The notes under the pieces were generated by a model, which was not told the origin of the DNA, ran no database searches, and saw nothing but the letters and a program-made list of their open reading frames with translations. The translations under genes were made by a program, and so were the position numbers. Positions 10,367 to 18,258 of a stretch of DNA of 61,886 nt are shown one piece after another; the first letter of the stretch is position 1; each line of letters begins with the position of its first letter. The stretch comes from Anaerolineae bacterium (GTDB taxonomy: Bacteria; Chloroflexota; Anaerolineae; B4-G1; SLSP01), in the NCBI GenBank assembly GCA_034435555.1, contig DAOTXC010000178.1, forward strand, positions 1 to 61,886, given 5' to 3'.

Positions 10367-10813
10367 TTACCGGCGCTGGCGCTCCGCAACAACGAGGTCC
10401 CACAACGCCTTAGCTTCCGGCTCCGTGGGCGGTTCGATTTCCAGGCCGTGCGGGGTCGCACGTTCATCCATAATGTGAACGAAGGAGACGAAGCCATTGG
10501 TGCTCACGGCATTCTCGCCGCGCAACGGCCACGCCTCCACATACACGGTGATGCTGCTGCGGCCCACATAGGCGATGCGCCCTTCCATCACCAGGGTTTC
10601 GCCGCCGACCACGCTCTTGCGGAAGTCCATCCCATGCAGGCGCACGCAGACCAGCCGGTCGGGTGTGCAGTTCAAAGCCTGGCGCGCCGTCATAAAGCCG
10701 GCCTCCACCAGCCACTCCGCCATCCGCCCCGCGAAGAGCGTCCCGTGGTGATTCAAGTCAATGGATTTGACCAAATGCGATGCAGTAATCCGAGGCAATG
10801 CTTCCAGTTTCAT
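10367..10813 (-). CDS. Hotdog-fold acyl-CoA thioesterase
   Basis: DLNHHGTLFAGRMAEW, YVGRSSITV. Confidence 0.8.
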   Translation of the reverse strand: MKLEALPRITASHLVKSIDLNHHGTLFAGRMAEWLVEAGFMTARQALNCTPDRLVCVRLHGMDFRKSVVGGETLVMEGRIAYVGRSSITVYVEAWPLRGENAVSTNGFVSFVHIMDERATPHGLEIEPPTEPEAKALWDLVVAERQRR

Positions 10814-10851
10814 CAGACCTCCCCTACGATACGAACGCTGTGTCTAAAATG

Positions 10852-10881
10852 AAAGAGCCGGCGCAACGGCGTCGGCTCTTT
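10852..10881 (-). terminator. Terminator after tRNA-Glu
   Basis: AAAGAGCCG / CGGCTCTTT inverted repeat directly downstream of the tRNA CCA. Confidence 0.7.
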
Positions 10882-10888
10882 CGATTAC

Positions 10889-10964
10889 TGGTGGCCCCAA
10901 GGGAATTCGAATCCCTGTTTCCGGCTTGAGAGGCCAGCGTCCTAGGCCACTAGACGATGGGGCC
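10889..10964 (-). tRNA. tRNA-Glu (anticodon CTC)
   Basis: 76-nt cloverleaf: acceptor GGCCCCA/TGGGGCC, anticodon loop CT-CTC-AA, T-loop TTCGAAT, encoded CCA. Confidence 0.97.
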
Positions 10965-11117
10965 AGCAACACAGGGGATTCTACCAGAAAGCGGGGGTTT
11001 GTCAACCTCGCGCCAGATGCAACTCAGCGCCAGGCGCTTACGTATCACAAATACATGGGTTGCGCATTTCGGCTTTATTCCCTATAATGAGGGCAGGAAG
11101 GATGGACAGGTAGAGAT

Positions 11118-11696
11118 ATGGATATAATTCTAGATTTGGCCTCGGCATTTGGGCTTTCCACATCAGCAGGGCTGAACGCTTACATCCCCATGCTGATTGT
11201 GGCAGTTCTGGCGCGCTTCACCAACCTGATCAACTTGCAGGAACCGTGGTCAGCCTTGACGAGCTGGTGGATCATCGGGCTGCTGATTGTGCTGCTGGTC
11301 ATCGAGGAGTTTGCCGATAAGGTCCCCGCAATTGACACCGTCAATAACGTGGTCCAAACTCTTATCCGGCCCACAGCTGGCGCGATCCTCTTCGCGGCGA
11401 CCACGCAAGAGAGCATCGGCATCCACCCGATCTTCGCGCTGGGGTGCGGCTTGCTGCTCTCCGGCACCGTCCATGTGGCGAAGACCGGTGCGCGCCCGGT
11501 GCTCGCCGCTGCCACGGCTGGCGCTGCCAGCCCCGTGGTCAGCACCATCGAAGACGTCGTCGCCACCATCACCTCACTGGTCGCCATCATCTTCCCCTAT
11601 CTCATCGCCCTGTGGTTTTTGCTGATGATTGCGCTGATTGCCGTGGTGATCCGTCGACGCCGTACCCAACGTCTCGCGCGGGAAGCCAGGCAGTAG
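11118..11696 (+). CDS. DUF4126-family membrane protein
   Basis: GLSTSAGLNAYIP, EEFADKVPAID, RPTAGAIL, VSTIED motifs; several hydrophobic segments. Confidence 0.8.
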   Translation: MDIILDLASAFGLSTSAGLNAYIPMLIVAVLARFTNLINLQEPWSALTSWWIIGLLIVLLVIEEFADKVPAIDTVNNVVQTLIRPTAGAILFAATTQESIGIHPIFALGCGLLLSGTVHVAKTGARPVLAAATAGAASPVVSTIEDVVATITSLVAIIFPYLIALWFLLMIALIAVVIRRRRTQRLAREARQ

Positions 11697-11703
11697 CACA
11701 CGC

Positions 11704-11994
11704 ATGTGCCTGCTGCTTTTCGAAATCATCATGTGCGGGGTGGGCTGCTACGCGCTTGCGGCAGGACGGCTCTCGCCGATGCCGGGGCGCGTCACAATCG
11801 GGCGCCGCGCCCGGATCGCTGGCGCATTCTTGATAGCACCGCTGCCGCTGGCCTTTGGCCTGGGACTGCTGCTGGGATTGCTCAGCGAGCGAGGCGCTTT
11901 CAGCAATCCACCGCCGGTCATCTTTTTGGAGTTATTGCTCGTCTTGTGCGGGCTGATTGGCGCAGCCCTTGTACTTAGCCCAGAGCTGCGCTAA
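11704..11994 (+). CDS. Small hypothetical membrane protein (about 3 TM)
   Basis: Hydrophobic segments; co-directional with its neighbours. Confidence 0.55.
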   Translation: MCLLLFEIIMCGVGCYALAAGRLSPMPGRVTIGRRARIAGAFLIAPLPLAFGLGLLLGLLSERGAFSNPPPVIFLELLLVLCGLIGAALVLSPELR

Positions 11995-12023
11995 AATTAA
12001 TCTTATATGGAAAGGACTGAAAA

Positions 12024-12368
12024 ATGAACCATCCCTATTATCAACAAGCACCGCCGCCCTATCGCCAGGAGCCATCAACGAGCGGCACGGCAGTAGCCAG
12101 CCTGATCTTCAGCATTCTGGGCCTTCTGCAGATTCTACCCTTTATCGGCTGCGTCGTCGGGCTGATTTTGGGCTATTCAGCGCGCAACCAGATTGACCGC
12201 AGCGGAGGGTACATCGGCGGACGCGGCATGGCCCAGGCCGGGATCATCCTGGGTTGGCTGGGGGTCGCGTTCGCGGTCATCGGTATCTGTCTGGCCATCC
12301 TGGTCTTTGCGGGCGCCATCACGTTGCCGTTTGGCATGGCTTTATGCGCCGAACTAGGCAGTTTTTAG
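12024..12368 (+). CDS. DUF4190-like membrane protein
   Basis: Pro/Tyr/Gln-rich N-terminus, TSGTAVASLIFSILG, GRGMAQAGIILG; RBS present. Confidence 0.78.
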   Translation: MNHPYYQQAPPPYRQEPSTSGTAVASLIFSILGLLQILPFIGCVVGLILGYSARNQIDRSGGYIGGRGMAQAGIILGWLGVAFAVIGICLAILVFAGAITLPFGMALCAELGSF

Positions 12369-12412
12369 TTATTAAACCATCTCAGTTGCATTAATTCCAA
12401 GGAGGAACTATC

Positions 12413-12742
12413 ATGACCCAAGATCCAAATTTCGGACACCCAATGCCCGAACCGGAACCCTTTCAGTCAGAACCCACTTACCAACACACCCCGACCATGG
12501 TGGTCGGTGGCTCCGCGCCGCCCCCGCCGCCGCCCGATCCCTATGCCGCCGATGATCCCTACGCAATGCCCAGCGCCCCACCCAAGAAAAGTAACAAGAC
12601 GCTGATCATTGTCCTGGCGATTGTCGGCGCGTTGCTGCTGCTTTGCTGCTGCATCGTGATCGGGGGTTTGATGCTCTTCGGCGAGGACATCGCGCGCAAA
12701 CTGGGCTACTGGCTGCCCACCGCCATCCAATTCCTGGCCTAA
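12413..12742 (+). CDS. Proline-rich single-pass membrane protein
   Basis: RBS AAGGAGG; PPPPPPDP tract, then KKSNK plus a TM helix with LLLCCCIV. Confidence 0.7.
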   Translation: MTQDPNFGHPMPEPEPFQSEPTYQHTPTMVVGGSAPPPPPPDPYAADDPYAMPSAPPKKSNKTLIIVLAIVGALLLLCCCIVIGGLMLFGEDIARKLGYWLPTAIQFLA

Positions 12743-12806
12743 TCATACGTAAGGCAACTCCTCAGGCGCGGGTGAAGCCTGGGGAGTTTTGCGTTATAAT
12801 AGGGAT

Positions 12807-14696
12807 GTGAAAGCGCCAAACGAAAAAATCGCTCGAAAACTCGCGGCCTTGCCCGACAAGCCCGGCGTCTACTTGATGCACAACGCACGCGGCAAGATCA
12901 TCTACGTCGGCAAGGCAGTCAACCTGAGCCAGCGCGTGCGCTCGTACTTCCACGCTTCGGCGCAGGAGAACCCCAAGACGCGCCGCCTCGTGGCGGAGAT
13001 CGCCGACATCGAATGGATCCTCACCAACTCGGAAGTCGAGGCGCTGATTCTCGAGGCCAACCTCATCAAGAAGCACCGCCCGCGCTACAACGTCCGCCTC
13101 AAAGATGACAAACGCTATCCCTATCTCAAAATCACCAACGAGGCCTTCCCCAAAGTGCTGATCACCCGCCGGATGGAGCAGGATGGGGGCCAATACTTCG
13201 GGCCGTACACCTCGACGAGCGCGCTGCGCGAGACGGTGGATCTGCTGCGGCGACTCTTCCCCTATCGCACCTGTGACCGCGAAATCACCGGTCAGGATCG
13301 CCGGGCGTGCCTCTATCTCGATCTGCACCTCTGCACCGGGCCGTGCGTGGGCGCGGTGACGCAGGCGGAATACACGGAGGTAATCGCCCAGCTGCAACGC
13401 TTCATGGAGGGGGAGACCGAGGCGGTGATCGCCGAGCTGAAGCAGCAGATTGACGAGGCCGCTGCCACGCTGGCCTTTGAGCGAGCGACGCAATTGCGCG
13501 ACCGCTACCTGGCCCTGCAACGGGTGCTGGAGCGCCAACGCATTATCACCACGGCCTCGACCAACCAGGATGTGATCGCGCTGGCGAGCGATAACGGCAA
13601 CACCTGCGTCGAGGTCTTCTTCGTGCGCCACGGGAAGATGCTGGGCCGAGAGCACTTCGTAATGGAGAGCCAACCGGAGGAGGAAGCCGAAGCGGTGATG
13701 ACGGCCTTCTTGCAGCAATTTTACCAGGACGCGGCCCAAATCCCGCCGGAGATCCTGCTGCCGACGCAGATCGCCGAGGCCGCGGTGCTGGAGCAATGGC
13801 TGCGCACCAAGCGCGGGGATGTGGTTTATCTGACCGTGCCGCACCAAGGGCCATCCAAAGAGATCCTCGACCTGGCTGCGACCAACGCCAGTGAGACGTT
13901 GCGGATGTTGCAGGCGCAGTGGGCGATGGACAAGCTGCGCAGCGAGTCCGCCCTGGCGGAACTGCAAGCGGCGCTCGAGCTGCCGCGACAGCCGGCGCGC
14001 CTGGAATGTTACGATATTTCCACCACGCAAGGCGTCGAGGTCGTGGGTAGCATGGTCGTCTTCGAGCACGGGGTGCCGAAGAAAAGCCACTACCGCCGCT
14101 TCAAGATCAAGACAGTGGAGGGGCAGGATGATTTCGCCAGTATGCGCGAGGTGCTGACGCGCCGCTTCGACCGCTGGCGGCGCATCACGGCGGGCGAGCT
14201 CATCGGCGCGCGGGGAAATCAGGCCTGGGCCAAGCTGCCCGATCTGCTCGTCGTGGATGGCGGCAAGGGACAGCTGGGAGTCGCAATGGAGGTATTGCAG
14301 GCGTTCGGCCTGGAGGAACAAGTACCCGTGGTCGGGCTGGCAAAGCGCCACGAGGAGCTCTTCCGCCCTGGACGGCCCAAATCGCTGCGCCTGGACCCCG
14401 CAGCGCCCGCGATCCTGCTGCTGCGCCGGCTCCGCGACGAGGCGCACCGCTTCGCCATCACCTATCACCGCCAGCGGCGCCAGAAGCGCGGGCTGGCCTC
14501 GCAGCTGGATGAGATTCCGGGGATCGGGCCGGTCAAGCGTCGCGCGCTGCTCAAACACTTCGGCTCGCTCCACGCCATCCAAACCGCCAGCGAGGAGGCG
14601 CTGATGCAGGTCGAGGGGATCTCCGTGGTGCTGGCAAGTGAGATCTGCCGCTTCTTTGCCGCGCAGGCCGCGAAAGAGACAGATGACAAAGCTTGA
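12807..14696 (+). CDS. uvrC: Excinuclease ABC subunit C
   Basis: GIY-YIG (PGVY..IIYVGKA), LIKKHRPRYN, RLECYDIS, DGGKGQL, C-terminal HhH; GTG start 6 nt after TATAAT. Confidence 0.96.
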   Translation: MKAPNEKIARKLAALPDKPGVYLMHNARGKIIYVGKAVNLSQRVRSYFHASAQENPKTRRLVAEIADIEWILTNSEVEALILEANLIKKHRPRYNVRLKDDKRYPYLKITNEAFPKVLITRRMEQDGGQYFGPYTSTSALRETVDLLRRLFPYRTCDREITGQDRRACLYLDLHLCTGPCVGAVTQAEYTEVIAQLQRFMEGETEAVIAELKQQIDEAAATLAFERATQLRDRYLALQRVLERQRIITTASTNQDVIALASDNGNTCVEVFFVRHGKMLGREHFVMESQPEEEAEAVMTAFLQQFYQDAAQIPPEILLPTQIAEAAVLEQWLRTKRGDVVYLTVPHQGPSKEILDLAATNASETLRMLQAQWAMDKLRSESALAELQAALELPRQPARLECYDISTTQGVEVVGSMVVFEHGVPKKSHYRRFKIKTVEGQDDFASMREVLTRRFDRWRRITAGELIGARGNQAWAKLPDLLVVDGGKGQLGVAMEVLQAFGLEEQVPVVGLAKRHEELFRPGRPKSLRLDPAAPAILLLRRLRDEAHRFAITYHRQRRQKRGLASQLDEIPGIGPVKRRALLKHFGSLHAIQTASEEALMQVEGISVVLASEICRFFAAQAAKETDDKA

Positions 14697-14711
14697 TTCA
14701 TGCTCTATAAT
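14683..14711 (+). promoter_or_regulatory. Promoter of the toxin-antitoxin pair
   Basis: ATGACA-N17-TATAAT overlapping the uvrC 3' end. Confidence 0.55.
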
Positions 14712-14755
14712 GAGGTTAGATAAGTTTCACTTACGCACGTCGTAGGGAGTACAGA

Positions 14756-15292
14756 GTGGTTCTCGATCCATCAACCATAGTGACAGATATCAAAGCGCTT
14801 TTGAGAGAGATGATCGCTTGGGCGCAAAATCAGGAAGAGATCCTTGCTTTATACCTCTACGGTTCTCAGTTGTACGGTCGCGTCCATCCAATGAGCGACA
14901 TTGATGTCGCGCTGCTGGTAGCGCCAGAACTCTCTAAGCATCAACTATGGCGCTTAGAGGACCGCTATGCTACCCGATGGCCCGAAGTGGTAGATCTTCA
15001 CCTTTTGAATTTGGCCCCCTTAGCCTTTCGCTTTGAAGTCACAGCCCAAGGACAACGGTTGTGGGCGCGCGATCTTGAAGCTGTCGCAGCTTGGGAATCT
15101 TTGGTCTGGCGGCGTTATTGGGATGTAAGCCCTCGACTGAAGCGCCATTGGCGAGAGCACGTCACGCAAATCATGGAGCACAAAGATGAACTTGAACGTC
15201 AGCAGTATCAGACAGCGCTCGCAAAAGTTAGAGCAGTACATCGCCGAGTTAGAGAAGCAGCAAGCGGTTACAATCGAGAACCTCAAGAGTGA
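14756..15292 (+). CDS. MntA-type minimal nucleotidyltransferase antitoxin
   Basis: GS-X10-DxD motif (GSQLYGRVHPMSDID), VDLHLLN; upstream of a HEPN gene; more AT-rich than its flanks. Confidence 0.85.
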   Translation: MVLDPSTIVTDIKALLREMIAWAQNQEEILALYLYGSQLYGRVHPMSDIDVALLVAPELSKHQLWRLEDRYATRWPEVVDLHLLNLAPLAFRFEVTAQGQRLWARDLEAVAAWESLVWRRYWDVSPRLKRHWREHVTQIMEHKDELERQQYQTALAKVRAVHRRVREAASGYNREPQE

Positions 15293-15620
15293 TTTTACCC
15301 GCCAACTGGCAGTAGAACGCGCCTTCCAGGCAGCCATTGAAAGTTGCACCGATATTGCTACCCATATTGTCTCGGTTTACCGACTCGGGCACCCGCAAGA
15401 GAGTCGGGACGTGTTCCGTTTTCTAATCGAGGCCGGCTATTTAGACGCGGCATTTGGGGAAGCTATGATAGCCCTGGTAGGATTCCGCAACCGCATTGTC
15501 CACCTGTATTGGGATGTTGATGTAGAACGTTTGCATCAATACCTTCAAGAAGACATTGGATTGCTACGCCAATTCCATGATTTCACCTTACAGATTCTAG
15601 AAGCCGAAGAGACTCTCTGA
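15186..15620 (+). CDS. HepT-like (DUF86) HEPN RNase toxin
   Basis: R-X4-H-X-Y motif (RNRIVHLY), AVERAFQAAIE, DIATHI. Confidence 0.88.
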   Translation: MNLNVSSIRQRSQKLEQYIAELEKQQAVTIENLKSDFTRQLAVERAFQAAIESCTDIATHIVSVYRLGHPQESRDVFRFLIEAGYLDAAFGEAMIALVGFRNRIVHLYWDVDVERLHQYLQEDIGLLRQFHDFTLQILEAEETL

Positions 15621-15652
15621 TCATATTTAACCGGCACCGAATGGAACATGGG

Positions 15653-15677
15653 GGCGGATTCCATTGAGAAATCCGCC
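15653..15677. terminator. Hairpin between hepT and the end of the hcp operon
   Basis: GGCGGATT / AATCCGCC inverted repeat. Confidence 0.55.
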
Positions 15678-15689
15678 TCCGCGCCGGCA

Positions 15690-16028
15690 CTACAGCAACC
15701 GCGATTTTTCCGTCTGCCGTGGCGTCTTGACCACCAGGAAGCGGAAGACGGCCTCGCTCTCGTTCCACAAGCGATGGGGAATGCGCGCCGGGCTGACGAC
15801 GAGCTGATCCTGTTGCACAGGCTGCTGCTCCCCGCCAATTTCCACCACGCCCTCGCCCTCCAGCCCATAGAAGAAGGCATCCACCGGCGTGAGATGCAAC
15901 TTAAGCGCCTCACCCGGCTGAAGCGTGATCATCACCACTTGCACATGCTCGGTGCTGTGCAGCTCCCTGACGCTCACGTTGTGCGCGTTAGGCGCCTCTT
16001 GAACGGTCTTGCTGTCAATGATCTCCAT
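15690..16028 (-). CDS. Cupin-domain protein
   Basis: LQPGEALKLH, LEGEGVVEIG, PARIPHRLWN; RBS AAGGAG before ATG 16028. Confidence 0.85.
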   Translation of the reverse strand: MEIIDSKTVQEAPNAHNVSVRELHSTEHVQVVMITLQPGEALKLHLTPVDAFFYGLEGEGVVEIGGEQQPVQQDQLVVSPARIPHRLWNESEAVFRFLVVKTPRQTEKSRLL

Positions 16029-16054
16029 GACTTTCTCCTTGTAACAGTGTGGTA

Positions 16055-16372
16055 TCAAACTACCAATGCCGCCATATCGCTGGCGAACAAGCCCAACCGA
16101 TCTCCAGGCGCGACCGGCAGATCGGCATCCCAATCCCAGACATCCTGCTGGGCCTGCTGATAGCGCAGCCAGGGGGCCATGGTGTTGTGCGTTGCCAGCA
16201 GGTTCCCATTGTGGAAGACGTGATAGAGCTCCTCCAACGGAATACCTGCCCGGCGCAACAGCATCATCACCGTCTCACCGGCCTGTGGCTCCAGATGGAT
16301 GACAGTCTCCTCGGCGGCGCGTGCGCCTGGGACCAGGCGACGCAATTTTCCATACAGATGAATTTCAACCAT
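16055..16372 (-). CDS. MoaD/ThiS-like beta-grasp (ubiquitin-fold) protein lacking C-terminal GG
   Basis: VEIHLYGKLR N-terminal strand, GETV..LLRRAGIP, VFHNG, PGDRLGLF; ends DMAALVV. Confidence 0.65.
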   Translation of the reverse strand: MVEIHLYGKLRRLVPGARAAEETVIHLEPQAGETVMMLLRRAGIPLEELYHVFHNGNLLATHNTMAPWLRYQQAQQDVWDWDADLPVAPGDRLGLFASDMAALVV

Positions 16373-16381
16373 CGTGTCCTC

Positions 16382-17620
16382 CTACTCGTCCAGCAGCCGC
16401 CGCTCGCCTTCCAAAGCGCGAAGCGGCGTCAGGTTCTGGCTGACCTCGAGCGCGCCGCGATAGGCACCATCGGCGTCGCGCAGCGCAAAATAGCGGATGT
16501 GAATGAACATGCCCGCCATCTGGATCCAGAACTCGGCGCTGTCGCGGGTTCCGGCGCGGAAATCATTGAGGATGCGCTGCACACGATCCACGCTCTGCGG
16601 CGGGTGGCAGTTCTGCACCGCGCGCCCGATGATGGATGGCGTGCGCGGGAAGATGCGCTCCGGCGTCTGCGAGAAATAGCGCACCGTGTCCGTCTCGTCC
16701 ACGAAAGTGATATCCACCGGCAGCGCCTTGAGTAGCAAGTCGAGCTGGGCAGGGCTGAGCGCGCCCACGCTGAGCGGGATCAGCCCCCCGGCCACGCCGA
16801 CCGGCGGCGCAGCAGCCTCGACCTGCTCCTGCTCGCGAGGGTCAAGGCGCGGCTGCCATTGGTTGCCGGGCCGGGCGTAGCAGTAGCCGATCTCGTCGCC
16901 CTGCGCGCGAATCGCGGCCCACTCCACCTCCGTCAGCCGTTCCAGCGCCGCCGGAAAGAGAATCTTCTCCTCCTTGTAGACCATGTCGCGGATGGCCTGT
17001 GCCAGCGGCAGGAAGAGCGCATCTATCTGTGCCGCCAACTCCGCTGACGGCATATCCTCGGCGCCCGCCAGCAGCGCCGCGAGCGCCTTCCACTGGGCGC
17101 GGATCTCATCGTGGACGCCCCACATCACCTTGGTGGGGCCGGAGAAGCCGGTGCGCTCCAGATAGGCGAAGAGGATGTTCTCCTTGCGCAGATAGTGCTG
17201 GTCATACTCACGGAGTTTGTCCACCGCCGCCCGCGCCGCCGCGAAGGTCGCCGCGTTGGGCAGATTTTTTACGTCCTCCAGCGCCTCCGCCAGCGCATCG
17301 AGCACACGCTGCACGCCGAGGTTCTCGGCGCGGTAGGTGAAGACTGGGTGGCCCGGCACGGTCTCCGGCGCGCGCTGCTCGTCCAGCGAGTCGCGGAAGA
17401 CGGCGACGTGCAGGTCGCACAACGGCTGAATCTCCGCCGGATCAAGACCCTCCTCCACCAACGCCTGCTCAATGCGGATGATCTCATCCGGGCCGACGTC
17501 CTCCAGCAGCGCCGCGAAGTCCGCCTTGACTTCATCCGGTGATTTCCCGGCGTGCAGCGCACGGATAATAGCCTTCAGTTTGGCCTCGCGCTGGCTTTGG
17601 TTGTTGATAAACTCACTCAT
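16382..17620 (-). CDS. DUF438 + hemerythrin-like + PAS domain protein
   Basis: CDLHVAVF, GHPV, HYLRKENILF, HDEIR, KEEKILFP; C-terminal PAS with NCHPP. Confidence 0.85.
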   Translation of the reverse strand: MSEFINNQSQREAKLKAIIRALHAGKSPDEVKADFAALLEDVGPDEIIRIEQALVEEGLDPAEIQPLCDLHVAVFRDSLDEQRAPETVPGHPVFTYRAENLGVQRVLDALAEALEDVKNLPNAATFAAARAAVDKLREYDQHYLRKENILFAYLERTGFSGPTKVMWGVHDEIRAQWKALAALLAGAEDMPSAELAAQIDALFLPLAQAIRDMVYKEEKILFPAALERLTEVEWAAIRAQGDEIGYCYARPGNQWQPRLDPREQEQVEAAAPPVGVAGGLIPLSVGALSPAQLDLLLKALPVDITFVDETDTVRYFSQTPERIFPRTPSIIGRAVQNCHPPQSVDRVQRILNDFRAGTRDSAEFWIQMAGMFIHIRYFALRDADGAYRGALEVSQNLTPLRALEGERRLLDE

Positions 17621-17640
17621 GATTATCCTCCTGTTGATCT

Positions 17641-17746
17641 GCCGTCCACGAATCAGGCCACAAATACAAGAATATAGGTGCTGTTATACATGACGCTTGC
17701 ATCAGACGACAGCGCATTCGTGTATTCGCGCAAATTCGTGGACGGC
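17641..17746. repeat. Palindromic REP-like element with internal short-period repeats
   Basis: 13-bp perfect terminal inverted repeat GCCGTCCACGAAT / ATTCGTGGACGGC; internal degenerate ACGAAT/ATTCGT units. Confidence 0.7.
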
Positions 17747-17754
17747 CACCTTGG

Positions 17755-18234
17755 TTATTCCAGTATCGCTATCCCCACCCGCTCGCGCCACCAGTTGCCC
17801 AAGCCCCAGGTCATCCCGGCTTCGGTCTGCGCCAGCAGGACGAAGAGCAGCGCGTAGATGATGTGCTGGTCAATCAGCGGGTTCTGGGCAGGCGGCAGGT
17901 GCGCCGACCACATCATCAGCATCATGAGCGGGCCGCCAACCCCGGCGATCTTTAGGCCGATGCCCAGGATTAACGCCAGTCCCAGTCCCAGAAGCCCAAA
18001 CATGAAGAGCACGTTCACCACCGGCAGGCCGGCGATGCTCTGATAGAGGCCCGCCAGCGGCCCGGCGGTGGCAAAGGTCAAAAAGCCGTAGGTCGGCGAG
18101 CCGCCAGCCAACCAGGCGTTCTCCGGGGCCGTCGAAATGCCCAACCCCAGGAGTTTATCCAGGAAAGACCAGAAAAAGACCCACCCCAGACTAATGCGCA
18201 GTACAGCGAGTACATAGCGGGTTTTCTGATTCAT
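17755..18234 (-). CDS. DoxX/DoxD-family membrane protein
   Basis: LRISLGWVFFWSFLDK, 4 TM segments, NPLIDQHIIY. Confidence 0.8.
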   Translation of the reverse strand: MNQKTRYVLAVLRISLGWVFFWSFLDKLLGLGISTAPENAWLAGGSPTYGFLTFATAGPLAGLYQSIAGLPVVNVLFMFGLLGLGLALILGIGLKIAGVGGPLMMLMMWSAHLPPAQNPLIDQHIIYALLFVLLAQTEAGMTWGLGNWWRERVGIAILE

Positions 18235-18258
18235 CGTTTCCTCCGTACTTCCCTTTCC

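Noticed and set aside
10889-12760. Possible island integrated at tRNA-Glu
   Set aside because: No integrase, no duplicated tRNA 3' end, and the small genes lie on the tRNA 5' side.
16050-16060. Selenocysteine readthrough of the TGA ending the beta-grasp protein
   Set aside because: An SD-led cupin gene starts 26 nt later, and I saw no SECIS-like hairpin or redox motif.
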